This document shows positions 45,700-59,451 of a stretch of 64,000 nucleotides of DNA, piece after piece. Position 1 is the first letter of the stretch; each line of letters opens with the position of its first letter. Made by a program: the position numbers and the translations under genes. The stretch is from Azolla caroliniana (Eukaryota; Plantae; Polypodiophyta), in contig JBHGNT010000004.1 in assembly GCA_043228905.1 (NCBI GenBank), positions 8,060,001 through 8,124,000 of the forward strand. The letters are read 5' to 3'. The notes below the pieces were generated by a model. It did not search any database, was not told the DNA's origin, and saw only the letters and a list, made by a program, of their open reading frames with translations.

Positions 45700-46740
45700 G
45701 TGTGATTGTCTCTTAACTATTCTTTGGACTTTAGAGGATGCTATATGTGGTACTTGACATCCGAAAAAGTAAAAAACTCTCCACCTCTTTGTCATTTCAA
45801 AGATCGTCTCATGAACTTTTCAGAGGATGGATTCATACAGAGACAAAGGTTCATGGAAATCTACATGCCCTATAGTGCTCATAAAGCAATAGGCCAAATC
45901 AGAGTTTCCTTCCACGAACTACAGATCGGACAAGATGAGCACTTTCCATACCTAGTGCTAAAAGATTCTGCAAATTTGTTTGAAGGAGAGATCACAAGCA
46001 ATGAATGTTTCCTATGTAGATTCCCTGTTTTCAACCACATCAGAAAGAAGTATACTGCCCTCGATGTGGAGTCCACTGCCATTCAACAAATGATGGAGAA
46101 AGCTGACCCACAACACCTTGGCCAAATGTTGCTCAAGCTTCAAAAGCACAGGGAATCAACCCTTACATTCACCCCATTAGGAATGTAACGATGTTGTGAC
46201 ACAACTGCTTCAAAACGTCTTCACAATATGAAACAATTTCAAATAGTATTGCAAGTGTCACGTGTGAAGCTCGAACCTATAACCTCGCATATCAACCACC
46301 AAGTGTGAACCTTTAGGATATTTATATAATTCTATATTCTCATCATTATAATTATGTCTTATGTAGTATTGCATACATGCTGACTCAGTCAACATGGTTT
46401 TCACGCATCACACATTAACACATGTGCGCCAAGAGGCAATCACACATCGCATGCATCACATGAACTCTTATTCGAACACCTATTTAAGGAGAAGGAATCG
46501 AAGCATCTAGGTATCAAGAAAAATACATTCATCTAGCAATCAATAAATCAAGCTCGCTCATCAAGAAAGGTATTTAAGATCAAAGTCAAGGTTCGAGCTG
46601 GATTTTGGCAGAGATAAAGTTGTCATCCTTATGGTGGAATATTCTAACTTTGGTAAATGAAATATTGTAGTCCCAATTTAATAGAACATAATTTATCATA
46701 TACTATTTCAATTCTGCTTCTTTACTCCTACACGGTCTCC
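45700..46740 (+). mobile_element. Highly decayed retroelement remnant in the probable 5'UTR intron
   Basis: RNase-H-like KKYTALDVE...LGQMLLKLQ followed by an LTR-like segment; weak support. Confidence 0.35.
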
Positions 46741-48191
46741 ATCTCTTGTTTGTGGTCGTCCCTCTCCCTTTCTCTTATGAACTCTCCTTGTTCATAACCC
46801 CAATGGTTCAATGCATTAATCACGAAATCTATGACAACATTCTCACATCACTAGTTTCTTCCATAGCTCTTTACCTCCACTAACAACATCCTGAGGAGTC
46901 ACCATAGAGCGAGCAGAGGAATGCCGCTGAGAAAGCACATCGTGAGTGCCATGGTATAAGGCACATGGCCCATACCATGAGCACCATGTCCAATCTGCAC
47001 ATTCAGATCATGATGATGAAGCTTTAGGAAACCTAGAGCTGTTATGACATGAATTCACCCATATTTGTAATAGTGATTTGTCTCAAAGGCTGATTTTAGC
47101 CCCTGATAGACATTAATATATTTGTCTTTCTTTCTCTCTCCCCACATCCACTCCCTGGACATGGTATAGTGATAAATATCATCATTACACCAGACAGTGA
47201 AAAATCATCCATGGAAACATGTATCATGAGTACATTGATATCATATGACCATAGAATAAACAATGTAATTTAGAACTTACAAGTTACCATCACTCAAACA
47301 TACCTGGCCACTATCAATGTTCTTTGGGCACAATTATTCACTACATGTCAGTTGAAAATGTGAAGCTGCCCATGAGAACACAAAAATGAATTATATAAAT
47401 TTTCAGTTGAATTCCTACAGATTTTGTCACTTTATCCTACTTTCCTATTGTTCCATGTATTCTCCTTCCTGATATTTTTATTTCCATCCTCCTTTTCTCT
47501 TGCTTTCTTTCTTCTTTTTCCAATTCTTTCTTCACAATTTCCTGATACTTCTTCTCTTTCCTATTCTTTATTCATCTATTTTCTTCTTCCGCCGTCCCGT
47601 TCAGATTAAAACAAGCATAGACCCCTCCTACCCCTCAAAAGAGGAACAATTTAACCTACCAAGGAAACAACTATTTCTAAGAAAATCAGAAACAACCTAA
47701 TTGATGAATTTCAAAAAGAGATAAAACAGAAGGACGTACAGGGATTAAGGCGATAACCTGAGGCTGAGTCGAAGGAGAACGCCGAGACCGTGGGCACGAC
47801 GACATCCTTCTTTCTTCTGTTCAACAAAACATTGGTTTTGCTATCTTAGATTTTTAAAGAGTAAATTACCAAGAGTAGCAAGAGGTTCCATAAAAGAGAG
47901 GACCTCAAGTGAGAAAGAGAAGTGACATTAGGACCCAAAAGAAAATGAAAACACCAACACGAGTATGTATGTATGTATGTATGTATGTACACGCTTTTAC
48001 CAAGTTGTTCTTATCAACCTTAGCTTACCATAACTCTACAAGCTCGTGTACCCATGCCAATGAGCCCTTGGTTGTTGTATGATAGCTAATCGGACAAGTG
48101 GGGAAGGCCAATTGGGTTGAACAAGTGCCAACATTCCAAGTCCAAGCATCTGTAGGAGAAAATCAAGGCTTGGAGGGCAAGGGTCATTTTG

Positions 48192-48222
<31 letters not shown>

Positions 48223-48506
48223 TATGCGCAATGCTTTTGTATTCGATGGTAGACATGGAGTGAAAGCATGTCTACGAAAGTTGAAGGGAGTACTAATGTG
48301 GCAATTTTCTTTATTTGAGCAAGTGGAAATTCTTTCCTTGGTGGAGTGTTTGTCTTGCCTATTGGCAATTCAACATGTTCCACTACCCATGTAGTGTAAT
48401 TAGTGGGTGACCATATTCCATTGTCACACCCATTGTAAGTAGTGTTTTTTACACACATTTATATTAACATAATTGTGTGTTTTCACCGAGAGAGAGAGAG
48501 AGAGAG

Positions 48507-51500
48507 ATTGATAGATTATATTAATGTCTTCGGAGGTCAAATATGACCTATGAGACCAAAAATATTGCATTTCACGTGATACATGTGAAGGTGAGTAGCG
48601 ACTCTCGATGTTCAAGAACTTTACCAATGAATGTTGTAATCGAGAGTGCACATCGTGGTTGTGAGAGAAATTCATGGAAGGATTGGGCTCGATCGAAGAG
48701 ATGTGGAAAGCATGGTCGAATATGATCAAAGGCAGAGAGCATTGTATCAAAGTGTGATACTTAGACTCTTGAACTTGTTTAGGGCAAAGTGTGCATAGTC
48801 GGCCACTCTCATCACTTGTGCCCCAACACCCCGTCTCACATCTCAATGCGTGCGAGCTAAGTCGCATGGAAGCAATGGTTCGAATGGCAGATATCGGGAT
48901 GGTCTCTAACATGTATCGATGTGTACGGCTTCCCCATTCCGCGAAGAATACGGTTTTGTAGTTAGGTGCAACATTTGTAGTATAATGTGTGAAGCGTGAA
49001 CCACCACATTTGTCCCATGTCATGATACATTGGCGTTGCAAAAAGGCCTCATTTACAACGGAATATAGTGACGCATCATGAAGCAAGTGTCTTGCATCCC
49101 ATCTACCAAACCATTTTTCTAAATCTTGCATCCAACCGGAACACAAAGTTTTGCTTTTATGTGTCTTTTGGATCTTTTTGCTTGCTTCCCATGCAATTCT
49201 AGGAAGTTGATGTGAGGGGATTCTTTGAACCTTAAGCATGTATTCAACAACCCTTTCCATGGCCATGATCTCAATGGGAAGTGATCCCGTCTCAAGGAGG
49301 AGGAGGGTGTAGGGCATTTGTTTCTTAACTTGTAGAAACTTTGTAAGAAAATGTTTTTGGACATTTTCAAACTCTTTCCACGTAGATTTAGGGATGCTAC
49401 CGCCCCATACTTCCAACCCATAGAGAAGAACCGGGGTCACCAAAGTGTCAAAAAGATATTTCTTGAGGACCCAACACTTAATATCTCCAAGATTGCATGT
49501 GTTCTCAAATGCATAATATGCTCGCTTACCTGCCTCTAAGCCGCGTGTAGCACATTCATTCCATTTATGATTTGAAGGAACTTCAAGGCCAAGATATTTG
49601 AAGCTTTCCACACATTCAAGTAGCTCATTGTTGTACATAATGCATGGTTTATCTCTTTTTTGACTCTTCACAAGCATAGTCTTTGTTTTAGAGCTATTGA
49701 CACTTAATCTAGTATGCATGCAAAAAATTTCCAATGCCTTCATAAGCTTTCGTGCATCTCCTGAAGTATTTGCAAAAACCACTATATCATCCGCATATAA
49801 CAAAAGCATAATCACAAAATTCCCAATGGCAACTTCTTCAACACATTCTTCCTTAACAAACTTGGTAACCATTTCTTCTAATTTATCAATGCATAGACCA
49901 AATAATGTTAGTGAGAGTGGGCATCCTTGCTTAACACCAATAGTGCTATAGAAAAAATCTGAAAGTCTATCTCTCATACACACACAACATATAACCTTCT
50001 CATAAATTCGGGAAATTGCAAGCATATATTCACTTGGCACCTCAAGTTCTTCCATCCACCTCCAAAGATGCTCACGAGGTACCATATCAAAAGCTTTCTT
50101 GAAGTCTACAAAGCAACAATATAAACCTTTACCTCTAAGGCGACTTTCCTCCATTAATACTCGAAGAGTGACAAGATGATCAATGGTGTTATGGTGTTTT
50201 CGAAAACCAGCTTGTCCATAAGCTCTCTTACCATTTTTTTCTGCCCATACACTTATCTTTGATTCCATTATACATCCAAATAGTTTTGCCATTAATGAGC
50301 CAACCATGATGGTTCGATAGTTGTTTACATTATTTACATCTCCACCTTTATGTAAAGGTTTGATCCAATTTGTAGTCAAATCATACGACATACCATGTTG
50401 CAATGCATCATTAAACATATCGCATATCTATATATGTGCTTCCTTTCCCATCCATTTGAGCATTTCAGCTTTTATACATTGAAGATCGCTTGCCTTTCGA
50501 GAGGCCAATTTCTTAAGTCCTATGCATATATCTTCAATTGTAAAGAAGGGAGACATATGTGAAAGAGAAACATAACACATCATCTTTCCGGCAAGAGATA
50601 ACTCATATAAATTCTTACAATACATAGACAAGTCATGAAGAGTTAAGTCACCATAACTCTCAACATGTTTCCCCTTTAGATTTCCCCAAAATTTAGCACA
50701 TGCATGTGCTTTCTCTTGCGTTTGGAGAAGTTGTTGAGTAACTTCCCATATTCATCTCTTTCTTTGAATAAGCCTTTTATAGTCATGCAAATGCTTTTGG
50801 TAATTTTCTTTATCCTTAACTACATCCAAAACCATAAGGCACTTTCGAGCTTCATGCCATTCTTTATCAAACCATTTTTTCTTACATTTCTTGGTGCATT
50901 TCCATGATGTGCAGTTGGTCGAAAAACATTTGTTTGTACAAGAGAGAATGACATTCTTAAAAGTTTCCCATTTGCATTCTAGTGTGGCACCATGTTGTGT
51001 CTTTGTCATTTGTAACATATCCTCAACCATCTTGGAATACATGGGCGCTCGCTTAAGATTCATGCTCAAGTGCGTTTGTTTACTATCTTCAATGACCTTC
51101 TCACAATCAAACCTACACATACATTTGAGATCAATACATAAATTCCTATGATCGGATTCCGGTGTCCATTCCCCTAGTGAGAATTTATGTATACGATCCA
51201 AAATACCTTCGGAAAGTAGCACATAGTCAATCACACTATTTCCATTGTGTTTTCTACATGTAAAGCCGTTAGTATTGGGCCATAAGGAAACACCATTTGC
51301 AATAAGCAATCCAGTACTATTGCACATTTGTAGGAGTAGTTTCCCAAATTGGTCTAGATCTTTTTCATCGCTAGAAGATCGACTATACATTTGCATATCC
51401 TCTTGCATCCTTGATATGCGGCATGAAAGATTCTTGTGAATCAAGTTGGAAACTTCTTGTACGAGCATTCATGTCACCAAAGACAATAACTTCCCCTTTG

Positions 51501-54500
51501 GATTTGAAATAAGCAATATCATCTTCTAGATTTGCAAAAGGTTGATCTTTATCCAAACAAGCATAGAAGTTAGAATCTTGATGAGGAATGTAACATCCAT
51601 CGACAAAAGTGGGCAAATCATTAGGTGTTTCTATTTTGAGCCATATGTAGCATTTATGTTCATCACTTTTTACGATTGACACATATGTCTCTATTTCCTT
51701 CTTAATCAAACATGCCACCCCTCCTTGTCCTCTTCTTTGTCTTGGATTTTTCTCCCATATCAAAGAGTGTACATTATAGTTTCCTAAACCTTGAATCATT
51801 TGAGTATCATGCTCCCATGTTTCAACAAGAAGTGTGATATCTGAGTCATCGATGAACTCCTCTATGCCGAATCCCGCATTCCATGGGTATCCATTGCAAT
51901 TCCAAAAACATAGTCGTAAAAGACGTGGTTTAGTCCATGGTTGTTAGGTACGTTAGGTACGATACTGATACCATACGTATTTAACGTATTAATACGAGTA
52001 TAGTACCTCCCAATTTAAAAATACGTTAAATACGTTTTTTAGTATGTTAAATACCTATAAAATACATAAAATACGTATAGTACGTTAAATACGTTAAATA
52101 CTTCTAGAATTTGAAACCTTCCTAAAAAATATTTATTTACCTTCCTAAAACATATTTGTAATATTGTAATATTGTAACCGTGTATATGCAATGTAACGAA
52201 GCATTCCATGGCTGTAGTTGCATCTTAAAAGTTTCCGAGTACTAAAGGGCAAATCGAGCAGGCCTATCACTTTAATACAAAAATATGTACATGACTTCTT
52301 ACATACTTGAGGTGTGGCAATTTCCACACCAATAAAGCTAGGAAACCATTTACAACCTACAATTAAGAAATCTATGATGCCAAGAAAAGATGGGAAATAT
52401 GAGAATCAAAAGGATACAAATCAACAGCCCAGACCAGACCATCATGTGATTAGCCCAAACCATCATGGCACCTAAACAAAGCTTTGTAACTTCAGTCATC
52501 CTCTAGTTAATTCTTATTCTTGTTGATTGTGCTTCTCAGTCAGAACTATGAGTTTCAGCTGCAAACCACTTAAGAATGATGGTACACCTTCCTACAATCT
52601 ACAAATGATCCACACAAAAAAACAAACAATTTTCATCACAGTATATACAATAAGCAATATATTGAAAGTTCACTTAGTAAATGCACATCTTGCTTGGCTC
52701 ACATTGTATACATATTGGATATTGTACATGTATACATCATACATTGCCTTCAACATTTATATAGCATACATGTACATATTATGCTTACCTTGAAATTCAC
52801 TTAGTATACACAGTGATGCAAGAATATATGAAAACACACTATACCATTGCCAAATATGTGTACACTATCTCATTGCGAATGATGAATCAAAATCATCAAA
52901 ACTCTATAAAGTTGTGAAATTGATACAAAACCCATCATGTTCTCAGGAACTACATAGCCAACCCCATCAACTATACCACAGATATTATCCAAAATGACAC
53001 CTCAAAGGTATTAACTACAACTGAATCATTGAAACCAATTCACAATTTAATAATAAGGCTATTGAGCTTAATAATAACGTATAGAAAATAGAAGTATTAG
53101 TCATTAGATCTTGTCCTCATCACCATCACCATCTTCATCATTAGATTCAGTGTTAGTTGATGACATCAACACAGGTTCTTCGTCCGTAAGATCATCATAA
53201 TTTGTATGAATTGCTTCTTCTATTGCATTGACATCATCTTGATCATTTAATGGTAAAGAAGCAAATGTACTTGATCTTGTTATTCTCCTATTACAAGAAG
53301 ACCGCCCATCATCTCTTCTTGGCCTCTGCCTCCGTATTCGATTAGTAGGGACTCCATCGCTTGATGTTGTCGTATGTGATCTTGTCATGCTCCTTGTCCT
53401 TCTTCTCATGCTCATTGTTTCTTGAAAATAAGTTTCATAGAATTCTCTATCCATATCATTGTCATGGCAAATAGATGGAATATCAAGAGTCTTAGAGACA
53501 TCTATCTCATTTGGATTCACCTGCAAACAAGTTTATAAAAGCTTAACTTCTCAGTATCACAAACTAATGTGTCTATGGCAATAACTGCTTACTAGTACTA
53601 ACGAAATTTCAGGAATATAAATTATAAAAAGTGAATAAAACAATACATGCATTGGAGATGCATTCACAGTCTCAAACTTGCGAACTAGCCTTAAGTTCTC
53701 TTGAATATATATACCAACTGTTCAAGTTGCGCTAGCTTTAGTTTGTTTCTATTTTTTGTATGTGCGAGAGCATGTGCATTCCAATTCCTTTCCACTGCCC
53801 CAGAAGAGCAATCCTAATAGAAAACAAAATATGAAATAAAATGTAGTACACAAAAGTGTGGTATTTTAGAACTTAACTATAAAATTGATCATTTGTTCAA
53901 CACTTGACACTTACTTGGGCTAATATGCGGACAACTAATGCTTGGAGCTTTGGAGTTCTTCCACCAAAATTTTCCCACCATGTGACTGGCGTCATCATAG
54001 ATATCTCCTCACGTGCTAATGCATAACTAAATGTCCCCATACCATTTCGATATTCATGCAATTCACGAAATAAGATATCACATTCAAATGTCGAGTACAA
54101 TTTTTCTGTATAGCTCATCCATGCATCCATTAACTCGGGGTTAATAAATGTAGCCTCCTCTCTCCACATCGGATGCAACAAATGAGCTACAAGGTGGATC
54201 GGCCTCTTGAACCATTTCCATCGTATGTCAAATAACTTCAAAACATCTTCGTGCCTAAAAGGGTATTACAAAATGATTTGATCTAAAAACATGAGCAAAC
54301 ATTTGGAGGTTTAATGCTAGGAAACCATAAAAAATTAAAATAAATATGAAACTTACTTGGATTTGTGGGGGATGTTTTCTTACACTCCTTTTGCTAAACC
54401 ATCTTTGCTTCTTCGCATAAACTCATATAACAAACCAATAGTGGATCCCTCCCTATCAGTAAGTCGTAAAACACTATACAATGGTGCCATTAGGGTCAAA

Positions 54501-57500
54501 ACAACTTGAAACGAGGACTCAGTTGTAGGATCAAGGATGTAGTTCTTTACATTCATGGCACCTGGCTTATTGCAATCTTACCAAGACCTCCACATGTCAC
54601 TCACCACTGTTTGCTCAAGAGGATGCCAAACTTTGAGCAAACGTTGTATGACAAGGTACATCACACCAAACCTTGTCTTGGAAGGTCTCAAGATGGCGAG
54701 GTTACTGTGAGCAGAAAAAAGTTTCCTAGCATTCCTCTTCTTGCAAAAAAAAAGTACGATATTGTTTGCTTTCAACATAATACTTTTCATCCAAGGCAAC
54801 TGACCAATGTCCTCCAAAAGCAGATCCAAAGAATGGGTTGCACATGGAGTCCAAACAATATTAGGGAACTCTGATTCTTGCAAAGACCCCCATGCAAACA
54901 CAACTAGATGCATTGTCTGAAATGACTTGGACCACATTTTCCTTACCAACCTCTCTAATTGCCTCTGAAATTCTTTTAGCTAACTAAGAGCTATCAACTG
55001 TTGGTGTTGTATTAGCATGGCTACAATCAATGGACTTGAGGAACATTGTCCCATAACAAGATGATACGAGGACATTTACAAGTTGCCTATGAGAAACATC
55101 AACCCATCCATTTGTTAATATAGAACAACCATACTTGGGCCATAATCCTTTTACCCTTTCTAACTTTGCTTGCAAGGATATTAGCTCAATTTTCAAGCCT
55201 TTCGTCCTCATGTAATTATATGTGACTCCATTATGTTTCTCTCCAATTGTAGAGAAAGCTTCTAACATGTTCCGCCAACATGGTGTTTTTAATAGATTAA
55301 ATGACAAATTTGCTTCAATGATACATTTCACCTCCATAATGTTTGCATGTTGTTTCCTTTGCATTTGTAACACATGTCCTTTACGCAATGGTTGTTGTTT
55401 CACTATAATTGCTGGTGGATATGGTTGGCGACTACCACCACCCATACATGACATGCTTTGACTTTCACCAAGAAAGGTAGATGAGCATGAGGTAGAAACA
55501 CCTAAAAGAGAAAAAAATTCAAGATAAATCATTTACAATTATTTAAACATTAGTAATCAAGACACCTATTGTAGGCTTGTGTCTATACCTTGTTCATGCA
55601 TGTTGAATGAGTCAATCTCTGCTACTATATCTTCTTCTTCGCCAATTGCTTGGCTTCCACAATTACCATACAAAGTTGTAAGGTCAATCAACATTTCCTT
55701 GGGGACATTGGTACATTTCGTTACTCCATGGCTAGGTTTCCAATTAAATGAGCAATCATTCGTGTTGCTGACCCATGCATATGTTTGTTGCAAAATTTAC
55801 AATTCCAACTCCTATTTCCTGTTTGATTTCTTGCGACATTGAGGCAACATGTATCCCAATATTTGTTCTTAATGGGCGGCATTTTCCTTCTTTAAGTTCT
55901 ACAAATCAATAAACTGTTATGGAACTAATGGGAGTACTCAAATTGCATGGTTATGCAAGACACATTGTGAGGAAAAAACTCCCTTTCAGCTAGGCTAAAT
56001 TATATCTTGTTATGTGGGTTTGAATAGATAACATTTCCCACGACTACCAAAATTTATTGTAAACTAATATGTATTCCTTATCTCAAACATAGATGGACTT
56101 TTGAACTTAACAAACAATAGCTCCATTTTATAATAGATATTATCAAGCTATAGTGCACGGTTCATATTTCTTTCTTTCGATCAAAGTTCAATAGCCTTTG
56201 ACTTAAGCATAATCTTCCTCTCCTCACGTGAATAATTATCTTCATACGAAATTAATTAATTCCATAATATAATTTAATCAATCTAGTTTACCAGCTAAAT
56301 GTTATACAAAACCACACAAATGAGCAAAGCATGATTCAATCAGTTAGGGATGAACAAGAAGGCCCACAAAACGTTCAATTAGCTACATTATGAACCATTC
56401 AAAACTATTTTATCATTGAATGTACCTCGAGGTAGCTTAAAGAGTTCCGTGATTAAAAATTCAAATGTTCGGATATTTTCAATCAATTAGCTTTTCTTGT
56501 TGAATTGAAGGTAATATTTCTAGTTAGATAGAGAAGCAATAGACAATTTGCTAGTATAAATTCTATATCAAATCATGCTTAACGATAATTTAAAGAATTT
56601 CATGCTTGATTGTCAAATATAATATAATATTAGAGCAGCAAACAAACATAGGTCGAGATTGAAAATATGAGATTTGTATATCATTGTTTGGTTAATCAAC
56701 ACCTTTGTTTCTAGTGTTTCTAGAATACAGACATGGGTCAAGAGTTTAGAAGCAATTAGAGAAGAAGCCAAAGTCCTTACTAATATCTCATTACTCCTAT
56801 CTTGTAGCCCTCTTTGATCATCTCCCCAATCCCATATACATTCAGAGAAGCATCTTTTCCGAGTCCTGTGTTGCAAAGGCAAGATAAAACATGGAATAAG
56901 TTAATGACAAGACATTCCGTTACAAGTAAAAGTTGCAGATCGATTGAATATTCCCAAACTGAAACAATCCCTTTATAGGCTAGAAAGTACTTTTTCTGAA
57001 TATCATTAAAAAAACTACGTACAAGCTTCCTGTGCTGGCTAAATCACCATACAATGCAATCAGGAAACTAGAAATGTTTTGTTGAGTATCTTATGAGGGA
57101 AATTTATAAAGTCAACTTCACTATGTGAAGTGCATGCATTTTCATATAGTAGAGCCTGATTGCCATGTTTTCCAAGTTAGCCAGCTATTGTAAGAGAGCA
57201 TTTTCACATAGCCTAGATCAGCTTACAGTCAAGTGCAGGTGATTTCTCTAATTTGAAAAGTTGAACCTTTGTATATGTTTGTTAGAAAAATCAAAAAGCA
57301 TAAAATGAAATTCACAATCAAGAAGGATACAATGAAATCCCCAATTAAAGAGAGCTCATATTAAAACAATCAAGTTGTCATGTATATGTGTATACATCTT
57401 TTCCAATAAACTTGAGAGAGTAAATTTAATTTTTGATGGATAAGCCATTGATACTCTAATCACGTAAAGCATTTCTTTTTGTTCTTCTGTCGGTTCTATT

Positions 57501-59187
57501 TTCGAAAGGTTTTCTAATTATTTTTTCTTTTACAGGCAATTATTAATCCGACTCAAATTTCTTCTCCTTCTTTATTCTACACCTTCCAATTGCATGTGCA
57601 TCAATCAGTAGAACTAACGAAATGCACAAACAATACAAAGAAGAGTTTAAAGAATCCTTATTTTTAGGAAAGAAATTTGCCTACAGAAGGTGTATTTTGG
57701 TTCCTTTCTGAGAGGGAGATTGCAAAGACCTCAGCATCGGCTGATTCGTCGCCTTACACTCAAAATCCTGTGTATTTCCTGCTACACCAAATGCTCAAGA
57801 CGCCTAAAACACAATAACGCAAAAGGTAGTTGAGAGAGAAAGAGAAGAATATAATAAAAACATGTCCCCTTCAACAAGGGTATGACAAGAAAGATTAAGA
57901 AGTCAAGATCCTACTTTTATCAAAATGAACAGAAGAAGAAGAATGTTTTTCTTCCTCCGCCACCATTCTCCCAACTTTTCAAGCCGAGCTCTACAATCTT
58001 ATACATAGCTAGCTCATTTACCGAAGGAACTCTACTTCTTCTTCTTCTTCTTCTTCTTCTATTTTGTCCGTCTTTCTTCCTTCCTTCTATTTTACTAAAG
58101 TTGTTCTTTTCTTTTGCTTTCTTTTAGGGTTTTACTTACATTTTTTATAAATACGTACTATACCTATTTTTTTAAAGGTACGTTAAATACCGTATTAGAG
58201 GAATGTATATGACATTTGACTGATCAACTTTGACGTATGGTACGTACTATACAAATAATAAGGTATTATACGTATTGATACGTTAAATACGCAGACGTAA
58301 ACAACGCTGGTTTAGTCTCATAGGTCACGTGTCCCTATTTGCCTACATTTCCATCTTTAAGCACATCCTTAACCTTATTTTTCAATCTTTCTTCATATGC
58401 TTTACGATGGGCACTTTGTTGTGAGATAGTACGATCTTCACTCACAAAGCGTTCCGTACCTTTGAGGTATACCCAACTATTTTCGAGTATGATCCGCCGC
58501 TTTGTATCATCCGTCATTGTGCATACAATGGGCCTTTCTCCGGAGCGAGTAACACCATGTTTCCCAACTCGGTGTGCCCCATATACATTCACATCCAACA
58601 TTCCATAATGCATGCAAAAAATTCACCAATGGCCTTTCCAATGGAAGCGGGTGTTTCCATACTCTCCTCTTTAATCCCACGGATAACAATGTTCTTTGAT
58701 CTTCGTTCACACTCTTTCAATTCTCGGGCATCTATGCTTTCTATATTCTTCTCTTGATGCATCACATGCATATTAGATGAGTTTGATACCCCATCCCCAC
58801 CACATACATCGGCCCGCCTCATCGTGTCTAATTTTTCTCCTTTTAATGCTTCCTTTAACTCAATCTTATTAAGGCGTTCATTTGTTTCGAAAGAAGCTCT
58901 TTTACATTCTTGAATCTCTTCTTCAAGTTTTGTAACCACTTTCTTAAGAATTTCATTCTCAATGACAATAGTTTGGAGCTTAGCATTCTCTTTCATTAAC
59001 ATCCTAATCTCTTCACCTTGCTTGTTTATAGTTTCTTGAAGAGAAATCAAGTGACTCATAAGCATTTTGTCCATTATGTTTATTGCATTGGAATCAACAT
59101 TTGTTGGTAATTTTGGTTCATTATCAATTATACTCCCGAACTTTGAGGCGGCCTTACAAGTGTGTGTAATTGTAGGACCAAACCCTA
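48507..59187 (-). mobile_element. Near full-length RTEX-like LINE (ORF1 about 59074-58335; ORF2 EN-RT-zinc finger about 58334-48572) interrupted by hAT and flanked by (GA)n
   Basis: ORF1 coiled-coil and ERRSKNIVIRGIKE; endonuclease WNCNG, ETW, GDMNAR, SVIDY, SDH; RT FVDFKKAFD, GVKQGCPLS, YADD, FKYLG; C-terminal HALRCETG..CTLC..E..H...C. Several frameshifts and stops. The clade label is my inference from the motifs. Confidence 0.9.
51936..58309 (-). mobile_element. hAT DNA transposon (DUF659 + hAT dimerisation domain transposase, intron-containing, about 55800-53100, decayed)
   Basis: 8-bp TSD GTTTAGTC at 51928-51935 and 58310-58317; imperfect TIR CATGGTTGTT / CAGCGTTGTT; subterminal TACGTTAAATAC repeats at both ends; WPKYGCSILTNGW, WTPCATHSLDL, PSKTRF, WWENFG..PKLQAL..RIL.Q, ERNW. 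Confidence 0.93.
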
Positions 59188-59417
59188 CGAGAAGAGAGAG
59201 AGGGAGAGAGGGAGAGAGAAAATGTACCTTTCGCTTGATTTAGGGCTTCAAAATCTACCTTGCGTTTGAGGAGCCGTGGGGCAAAGATGAATGCAGACGA
59301 AAATGCTCATAACTTCTCGCCATGGTAACAGAATTCAGTAAATGAACATTCCTTAGAAAGCTCTCTGAAAGAGCTTTCCAATGAGCTATAGAATGTAAAC
59401 AATGATGGCTGGAGTGA

Positions 59418-59448
<31 letters not shown>

Positions 59449-59451
<3 letters not shown>

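Noticed and set aside
59185-59227. Apparent GT...polypyrimidine...AG intron upstream of LINE ORF1
   Set aside because: Only 43 nt, and the pyrimidine tract is the flanking (TC)n microsatellite.
59356-59378. Palindrome GAAAGCTCT-CTGAA-AGAGCTTTC
   Set aside because: Isolated hairpin with no TIR, TSD or second copy to support a function.
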